Shown in pieces: positions 7,695-12,918 of a DNA stretch of 13,979 nucleotides. The translations under genes and the position numbers were made by a program. The notes under the pieces were generated by a model. It saw only the letters and a list, made by a program, of their open reading frames with translations, searched no databases and was not told the origin of the DNA. This stretch comes from a virus (lineage: Duplodnaviria > Heunggongvirae > Uroviricota > Caudoviricetes): IMG/VR virus record IMGVR_UViG_3300029705_000018; one strand, given 5' to 3'. Within the stretch, counting starts at the first letter, position 1. The number at the start of each line of letters is the position of its first letter.

Positions 7695-8885
7695 TTAATA
7701 CAAATAACTCATATCCATAGAAGTTCGCTTAATTAAAACTCGTGCAAAAATCTTCTTACCATTTAAATACAAGCTGCCGCAGCCAAAACAAGATTTGTCA
7801 GAAAAAGAAGAATTTGCAATCAGCTCAAACTGATCAAGACAGTGATGATTAACATATGTGATGGGAACTGCCATTACACCAGCATAATCAGAAGGGATGT
7901 TTTCTACTCTACCCACCAAGATAATATCAGAATTATCCAAAGTTGGATATGACTCTCTCTTATTAGTATCAGAGTAATAGGTCGCAGTTAACATCAGAGG
8001 ATCATCTCTCCTGGAAACCTTAAGATTGGTATACCAGGAAACTGCAGGAACTTTACCAATTTTATTACCGTCTTCATCGATAATATCACTCTCGTAATCG
8101 TCGGGCATGGTAAACTTCATAGTAGCATTGGTTTTATAACCATACCACATATTACCCATCTTGAAATTGTAGAACACATTTTTCAAATTGATAGAAGTGT
8201 TATTACCAAGGATTAAAAATTTCTTCTTATGATCCATCAGTAAGTCAATTAATTTATTGAACTCACTAAAAGGAGGATTCGTGATAACAATATCACATTT
8301 ATCCAGTTCTTCAATGCTCTCATCAGACAGGAAACTACCAGTGCCCTGCAAAGGAGTTTCGATAATCACAGAGGGGTCACTGTCTTCCACAGTATACTTC
8401 ACAGCCTGACCTTCTGGAGCATAAGAAATGCCAACCAAACGGGTTAAGCCAAAAGCATCAAAATTCTTGAAGAAGTAAATAAAGAAATTACTATTCGGAC
8501 TGTCATTACAGTTACAGAAAATAGACTTGCCATAAAATTGCTGCTTATAACGGAAACATTCAGCTTCAATCTCGCTCATAAGAGTATAAAACTCATTCTT
8601 TTTAGCTTTCTTGGCTTCATTGCCCTTTGCATTAGTGCAACCCTTTTTGGATTCAATCTTATCCATCTCTAAGAGTTCATCAATGTTTTCAACAAAACCG
8701 TATTTAACCGGAGTACCGGCAATCTTATACATATAACCGCGAGTGACAATACCATTTAAAGTTGCGGCACGGATCGTCTCACCGCTCTTTGCGCTCAGTT
8801 CTGCTGCGCTAAACACGCGATCCTTAAAGTGCTTGAGCGCCAGATCAAACGCATTTTGACCTTTTTCAGTAAAATTACTAGGCAT
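7695..8885 (-). CDS. Adenine-specific DNA methyltransferase, EcoRI family, with an ~85-aa N-terminal extension
   Basis: AKKAKKNEFYT, GKSIFCNCND, GTGSFLSDES and DIVITNPPFS (motif IV), YAGVMAVPIT; SD AAGGAG. Confidence 0.85.
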   Translation of the reverse strand: MPSNFTEKGQNAFDLALKHFKDRVFSAAELSAKSGETIRAATLNGIVTRGYMYKIAGTPVKYGFVENIDELLEMDKIESKKGCTNAKGNEAKKAKKNEFYTLMSEIEAECFRYKQQFYGKSIFCNCNDSPNSNFFIYFFKNFDAFGLTRLVGISYAPEGQAVKYTVEDSDPSVIIETPLQGTGSFLSDESIEELDKCDIVITNPPFSEFNKLIDLLMDHKKKFLILGNNTSINLKNVFYNFKMGNMWYGYKTNATMKFTMPDDYESDIIDEDGNKIGKVPAVSWYTNLKVSRRDDPLMLTATYYSDTNKRESYPTLDNSDIILVGRVENIPSDYAGVMAVPITYVNHHCLDQFELIANSSFSDKSCFGCGSLYLNGKKIFARVLIKRTSMDMSYLY

Positions 8886-8916
8886 CTATACTCTCCTTTT
8901 TTTTCATTATATGTAT

Positions 8917-8945
8917 ATTATACCATATTTTTTTATAAAAGTCAA
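8917..8945 (-). promoter_or_regulatory. Conserved phage promoter copy
   Basis: TTGACT (8945-8940), 17 nt, TG-G-TATAAT (8922-8917). Confidence 0.8.
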
Positions 8946-8947
8946 AA

Positions 8948-8974
8948 ATGAGCGACACAATCAGTGTCGCTCAT
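8948..8974 (-). terminator. Intrinsic terminator overlapping the end of the 8961-9215 ORF
   Basis: ATGAGCGACAC-TGATT-GTGTCGCTCAT followed by T residues. Confidence 0.75.
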
Positions 8975-9215
8975 TAACCATCTTAAAATACTCTTTATAC
9001 TTTCGATTCATATGAGAGCGCGCGGACCAATATCCGGGAAAAATATCCCATTCAAGAGCATCAGAAACCGAACTTCCTCGATGATCACTGGGGCACACTT
9101 CAACTTTCCAGTTACCATGCTCTGTGCGGTTCATGATAATCACATACATGACGGGACCATCCGGCCCATGTCCGTGCCGCACATACTTCACTTTACTCCA
9201 TCTCATTTCCTTCAT
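8961..9215 (-). CDS. Hypothetical protein (~84 aa)
   Basis: Open frame directly after tRNA-Cys, with AGGAGG nearby; the start may be the second ATG (MRWSKV). Confidence 0.6.
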   Translation of the reverse strand: MKEMRWSKVKYVRHGHGPDGPVMYVIIMNRTEHGNWKVEVCPSDHRGSSVSDALEWDIFPGYWSARSHMNRKYKEYFKMVNERH

Positions 9216-9233
9216 CCTCCTGGATTCATAGTC

Positions 9234-9307
9234 TGGAGGCAGCGGTCAGATTTGAACTGACGATTAGGGTTTTGCAGACCCCTGTGTTACCACTTCACTA
9301 CGCTGCC
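9234..9307 (-). tRNA. tRNA-Cys(GCA)
   Basis: GGCAGCG/CGCTGCC acceptor, U73, encoded CCA, loop CT-GCA-AA, T loop TTCAAAT. Confidence 0.95.
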
Positions 9308-9319
9308 ATGGGGAGGCTC

Positions 9320-9562
9320 TTATAGAACCTCGGGATTATTACGGAAGAACTTATGGAAATGTTGTTCATCCTCGGGAAGAGAGCAGAACAATTCCAAGTT
9401 ATCTCCATTCTCTTGGAGCAATTCTCCAAGAGCGATATACTAAGAAATAACAGACTTCAAATTGAACTTATTGCCCTCTTGGTCTTCCAGCCACACCTGT
9501 CCCTTACACTTGGACACAGCGAAACGGAACTCCATGATTTCTTTTGAATTAGTTAATCTCAT
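9320..9562 (-). CDS. 80-aa small Clostridia-type protein (possibly HPr-like), one in-frame TAG
   Basis: SD AAGGAG then ATG at 9562: MRLTNSKEIMEFRFAVSKCKGQVWLEDQEGNKFNLKSVIS(TAG 9440-9442)YIALGELLQENGDNLELFCSLPEDEQHFHKFFRNNPEVL, TAA at 9320. I recall homologues reading LKSxLSQY at this position (not verified). Confidence 0.75.
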
Positions 9563-9692
9563 ATAAATCTCCTTATCTCTGAGGTTGTGCGGCGACCATC
9601 CTTCGCTCCGCACCCGGACGCATTTAACTTTCACAGCGCCAACCATCGGATATTCCACGACTTGACCGACAAGCCTTTTCTTGCAAGAAAAC

Positions 9693-9769
9693 TGGTGGGC
9701 CTGTTCCGATTCGAACGGAAGACTAGGCGGTTATGAGCCGCCGGCTCTAACCAGCTGAGCTACAGGCCC
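9693..9769 (-). tRNA. tRNA(CAT), probably Ile2 (lysidine type) or elongator Met
   Basis: GGGCCTG/CAGGCCC, A73-CCA, loop CT-CAT-AA; the G1-C72 pair excludes initiator fMet. Confidence 0.9.
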
Positions 9770-9776
9770 GTGTATA

Positions 9777-10043
9777 CTACATACAACCAGTGCGACGAAA
9801 TTTTGTATTGGACTTTGTGGTGATTGATTTGATAGTAAGTTCGCCAGGAGTGCGCTTAAAGATTATGCGATAATGCTCCATCTTATAGCGATACAGGTCA
9901 TCTTCCATACCTCTTTGGATTTGTTTGAGAGGTTCAATATGACCTGTATTATTTTGAATATTTGTCAAAGCCTTATTCAATTTTTTAGCTGTAGGCTTAT
10001 CAGCCTTGTCAAGCACCTTTTGTGCGGCCTTGGCAATTACCAT
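9777..10043 (-). CDS. RelE/ParE-superfamily toxin-like protein (88 aa), no adjacent antitoxin gene
   Basis: Pattern AKAAQKVLDKADKPTAKKLNKAL...GHIEPLK...LYRYKMEHYRIIF...LTIKSI matches the RelE fold consensus; SD GAGG. Confidence 0.65.
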   Translation of the reverse strand: MVIAKAAQKVLDKADKPTAKKLNKALTNIQNNTGHIEPLKQIQRGMEDDLYRYKMEHYRIIFKRTPGELTIKSITTKSNTKFRRTGCM

Positions 10044-10065
10044 AAATAATACCTCAAAGTTTTAT

Positions 10066-10519
10066 TTATTGCCCTTACTTGATACCGTTCAAGCGGACTT
10101 CAGAGGACGGGCAAACCCCTCAGACTTTCTGCGCTGGGCGTCATCTACACCCCAAACCCACACATCCGGGACTCTTCTCGGTTATCGCGCGCTTCCGACT
10201 ATGTTTGCTTAGCCATAGCAGCATATTCCCTTTGCTGATTTGCGCTTCCCTATGCAGGGAACGACTTCGGCTACATTGGCTCAGAAGCCTCATTCTTTCT
10301 AGGAGGTCATGCCATCAGCACCGCATGAGGGTTTCAGCTTTACCCACAAGCAATCAATAATCTCTATGCAGAAATCATTGGACAGTTTTTCACCCATTCA
10401 AGGCGTAGTCATGGATAAAAGCTACCCCCTCATTACTTGGGCCTGACAACTCTGGTAGTGGCTCCACAAGCACTCCCATGACGAGTCCTTGCTTCATCGC
10501 CGCCGCATTCCGCGGGATA
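10066..10519 (-). ncRNA. Candidate large structured ncRNA (~450 nt; ROOL/GOLLD-like)
   Basis: No SD-led ORF; many hairpins, e.g. TTCCCT-GCAT-AGGGAA (10246-10261), ATTTCT-GCAT-AGAGAT (10360-10375), CCTCAT...ATGAGG, CTATG...CATAG, GAGG...CCTC, CTTGA-ACGGTA-TCAAG; lies in a tRNA cluster. Confidence 0.6.
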
Positions 10520-10520
10520 A

Positions 10521-10666
10521 TGGTCGGTAGCCTTGGACTCGAACCAAGGCCCACAGAACTCACTAACTTACGCACCTTGCCTTGCCGTGTATCCGGATTG
10601 GCCGCACCGATGTTACATAAGGTTTTGGAACTGTTTATTCAGATACCCTACACTGAATCACTACCG
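10521..10666 (-). ncRNA. 146-nt tRNA-like RNA with a 74-nt insert in place of the anticodon loop (possible intron-containing tRNA-Trp(CCA))
   Basis: Acceptor CGGTAGT/GCTACCG + A + CCA; D stem TTCA/TGAA; T arm CTTGG-TTCGAGT-CCAAG; anticodon stem ACAG/CTGT enclosing 10630-10557. Confidence 0.75.
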
Positions 10667-10669
10667 ATA

Positions 10670-10748
10670 TGGTCCGCCCTCTGGGACTCGAACCCAGAAC
10701 CCCTTGATTAAGAGTCAAGTGCTAACTAGCCAATTGAGCTAAGGGCGG
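10670..10748 (-). tRNA. tRNA-Lys(CTT)
   Basis: CCGCCCT/AGGGCGG, A73-CCA, CTTGA-CT-CTT-AA-TCAAG. Confidence 0.9.
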
Positions 10749-10753
10749 ATAAA

Positions 10754-10918
10754 TCAATCATAAAGGATTTCAATATTATGGTACTTACAATATTCCAACC
10801 AGCATTTATAACACTTGTGCTCACGCTCCCAAGGTTCATAACAAGTGGTTGCTACGGTGCAGAAACAAATAGTCGGACAACGGCCCGCATCTATTTCTTT
10901 ATCAATATTGATTCCCAT
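10754..10918 (-). CDS. 54-aa Cys-rich hypothetical protein
   Basis: SD GGAGGA then ATG at 10918: MGINIDKEIDAGRCPTICFCTVATTCYEPWEREHKCYKCWLEYCKYHNIEILYD, TGA at 10754. Below the track cut-off. Confidence 0.65.
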   Translation of the reverse strand: MGINIDKEIDAGRCPTICFCTVATTCYEPWEREHKCYKCWLEYCKYHNIEILYD

Positions 10919-10929
10919 AATACTGTCCT

Positions 10930-11245
10930 CCAAAAGGATAAATCAAGAAGCCAGCTGAACCTCTTGGATTTTTACAATAAGCACATAATCGGACGCCTCT
11001 CCAGTGCAACCTCAAGCGGCCTGTCACCCAACATTAGCTTTATGCCGGGACTGTCCTTCTGCACTCTAGCACAATATCGCGCTACCCTTTGCTTTCTTAT
11101 TGTCAAGTTTACTCTTGGTGAGTTTCTCGGTCGTCCTCACTCACAACGGCAATACTTATTGCTTGGTCATCTCTATTTTACGGCAGTCGGATGGCTAAGT
11201 GCCGGTAAGCAGTAAAGAAATCAGTAATTTGTTTCTTCCTTTATC
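10930..11245 (-). ncRNA. Candidate ~300-nt structured ncRNA or long structured leader with its own promoter
   Basis: Nested stems: CGGCA/TGCCG, GCAAT/ATTGC, GTGAGT/ACTCAC, ACAATAAG/CTTATTGT, AGTGCA/TGCACT, CCCGGCAT/ATGTTGGG; no SD-led ORF. Confidence 0.5.
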
Positions 11246-11255
11246 TTACATAAAT

Positions 11256-11284
11256 ATTATATCATATTTTTTTATAAAAATCAA
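11256..11284 (-). promoter_or_regulatory. Conserved phage promoter copy
   Basis: TTGATT (11284-11279), 17 nt, TG-A-TATAAT (11261-11256). Confidence 0.8.
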
Positions 11285-11437
11285 ATATGATAAAAACAAC
11301 GAGAAAGGCTAATCTTAGGGCTTAGGTCGGGTCTAATTTCTAGACACCCGATTGCCACTTAGTCCCTACTGTAAAACCTTACTCGTCCCAAAAGGCGGTT
11401 CTGAGGAATTTCTCCCGTGCGCAAAAGCAGAACCGGT

Positions 11438-11514
11438 TGGTGCGCCGGGCGGGGCTCGAACCCACGACCCCCTGCTTAAAAGGCAGGTGCTGCTACCGAC
11501 TGAGCTACCGGCGC
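11438..11514 (-). tRNA. tRNA-Lys(TTT)
   Basis: GCGCCGG/CCGGCGC, A73-CCA, CCTGC-CT-TTT-AA-GCAGG. Confidence 0.95.
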
Positions 11515-11529
11515 ATATAAAGAAAAATT

Positions 11530-11553
11530 GGGCGGAGTAGATGCCCTCCGCCC
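11530..11553 (-). terminator. Terminator-like hairpin just upstream of tRNA-Lys(TTT)
   Basis: GGGCGGAG-GGCATCTA-CTCCGCCC followed by AATTTTTCTTT. Confidence 0.5.
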
Positions 11554-11556
11554 ACG

Positions 11557-11650
11557 AGGCACTAAAAATAACTATGTAAAAGGTTTTTTATATTTTGATC
11601 GTCTAAAATGTAAAATGTCTTTTTCTTGTTATTATTTGCTGGATGTGCCT
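11557..11650 (-). repeat. Stem-CAGCAA motif element, copy D
   Basis: AGGCAC-AT-CCAGCAA ... AT-rich interior ... GTGCCT. Confidence 0.65.
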
Positions 11651-11824
11651 ACACAAATAAATATATGATTCTCTCGTTCGTTTATATCAGTTTCTGGGCG
11701 ATGATGAGTGTCGAGAGCCTCACCACCAAGACTTAATAAAATTACTTTGAGAGAACCGAAAGAGTTTTAGTAAAAAACCATTCTTCTTTCTTGATCATTA
11801 AAATTGTATTTGATAAAATACGAT

Positions 11825-11880
11825 AGAGCTACCAGATGTAGCGATTTTGCATTATGCAAAGTTGTTTGCTGTATGGCTCT
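11825..11880 (-). repeat. Stem-CAGCAA motif element, copy C
   Basis: AGAGC-CAT-ACAGCAA ... TTTGCA-TAA-TGCAAA ... GCTCT. Confidence 0.65.
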
Positions 11881-12000
11881 CATTGAAATTTCTTAACCTT
11901 ATTTGTCGAAACCACTACGCTCAATTTCGACTTTAGTGATGCATCGAGTGGTAAGTTTTTATCCTGCCGGCCCAGTTCAACAATCTGGGATAGTTAAGAA

Positions 12001-12075
12001 TGGAGCGGGATAAGGGAATCGAACCCTCCTATCCTGCTTGGAAGGCAGGCGCACTAGCCGATGTACTAATCCCGC
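12001..12075 (-). tRNA. tRNA-Gly(TCC)
   Basis: GCGGGAT/ATCCCGC, U73-CCA, CCTGC-CT-TCC-AA-GCAGG. Confidence 0.95.
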
Positions 12076-12165
12076 ATCGAAAAGGTGGGGCACTCCGAGG
12101 AATGCCCCCGAGAAGATAGGAACTTAAAGAAAGGGGAGAAGATTTTCTTTTTTCCTTGTATTTAT

Positions 12166-12194
12166 ATTATACAAAAATTTTTTTGAAAAATCAA
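12166..12194 (-). promoter_or_regulatory. Conserved phage promoter copy
   Basis: TTGATT (12194-12189), 17 nt, TG-TATAAT (12171-12166). Confidence 0.75.
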
Positions 12195-12195
12195 C

Positions 12196-12495
12196 TCATT
12201 TGCGAATGTACCAACGACAATATTCTTGATATGCCTCATTGCGATCAGGATATGGCGCATAACGCCATTCCCATTCATGCCATCTTTTGACGAGACGCTT
12301 CCAATATTGCTCAAAAGAAGTGCCGACTGTCTCATAGTCGCAAATCAAATAATCGTGTAAAACTTTTTTATAAGCCTTACCCTTTGCGGAATGCTCGTCG
12401 ATGGGAAGACGGCGGATTTTATGGTTGGAATATCTTTTGAAATACTTGTCCTTCTTATCCCCGGATCGGGGAGTGTGCTTGTAGGACCTACTCAT
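12196..12495 (-). CDS. 99-aa basic hypothetical protein
   Basis: SD AAGGAGG; MSRSYKHTP... open frame to TGA. Confidence 0.8.
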   Translation of the reverse strand: MSRSYKHTPRSGDKKDKYFKRYSNHKIRRLPIDEHSAKGKAYKKVLHDYLICDYETVGTSFEQYWKRLVKRWHEWEWRYAPYPDRNEAYQEYCRWYIRK

Positions 12496-12574
12496 TTACT
12501 TCTAACCTCCTTTTGTTGAAGTTAGAAGACAGTAAACCTCCACATTGGACTCAGTCCTTTCTATTTAAGATTCG

Positions 12575-12661
12575 TGGTCCCGGCGACCGGACTCGAACCG
12601 GTACGGTGTCGCCACCGAGGGATTTTAAGTCCCTTGTGTCTACCAATTCCACCACGCCGGG
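12575..12661 (-). tRNA. tRNA-Leu(TAA)
   Basis: CCCGGCG/CGCCGGG, A73-CCA, AGGGA-CT-TAA-AA-TCCCT, long variable arm. Confidence 0.95.
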
Positions 12662-12670
12662 ATTTAGACA

Positions 12671-12762
12671 AGGCTCTTGATAGTTTGTAGGACTCGAACC
12701 TACTAAAAATTTTGTACAGAAAAAATTTTATTATCCAAGTTTAAGACTTGCTGTAAGAGCCT
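12671..12762 (-). repeat. Stem-CAGCAA motif element, copy B, containing a T arm and tRNA-like loops
   Basis: AGGCTCTT-ACAGCAA ... AAACTTGGATAA ... CT-GTA-CA ... GTAGG-TTCGAGT-CCTAC ... AAGAGCCT. Confidence 0.7.
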
Positions 12763-12790
12763 TTTTTATTTCCTTATCTCTTATGTATAT

Positions 12791-12819
12791 ATTATATCAT
12801 TTTTTTTTATAAAAATCAA
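12791..12819 (-). promoter_or_regulatory. Conserved phage promoter copy
   Basis: TTGATT (12819-12814), 17 nt, TG-A-TATAAT (12796-12791). Confidence 0.8.
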
Positions 12820-12831
12820 TTACGATCTCTT

Positions 12832-12906
12832 TGGCAGCGGCGGTGAGAATCGAACTCACATCCGAGGTTTTAGAGACCCCTGTCCTGACCTTTGAACGAC
12901 ACCGCA
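12832..12906 (-). tRNA. Amber-suppressor tRNA(CTA), Gln-type
   Basis: GGGGT-CT-CTA-AA-ACCTC anticodon arm (anticodon at 12873-12871); U1xU72 mismatch and G73 resemble tRNA-Gln; encoded CCA. Confidence 0.92.
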
Positions 12907-12918
12907 GTATAATAAATC

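Noticed and set aside
10521-10666. tmRNA interpretation of the extended tRNA-like RNA
   Set aside because: No G3-U70 alanine determinant, a full D stem is present, and the insert is too short for a tag ORF plus pseudoknots.
10006-11540. Tracked ORFs 10006..10212, 10079..10360, 10390..10575, 10478..10711, 10533..10742, 10778..11215 and 11352..11540
   Set aside because: They overlap tRNAs or structured RNA, mostly antisense, with no SD and implausible composition.
11690-11955. Hammerhead ribozyme (TGATGA at about 11702; GTCGAAAC at 11905)
   Set aside because: The CUGANGA and GAAA core elements do not occur in the required order with stems I-III.
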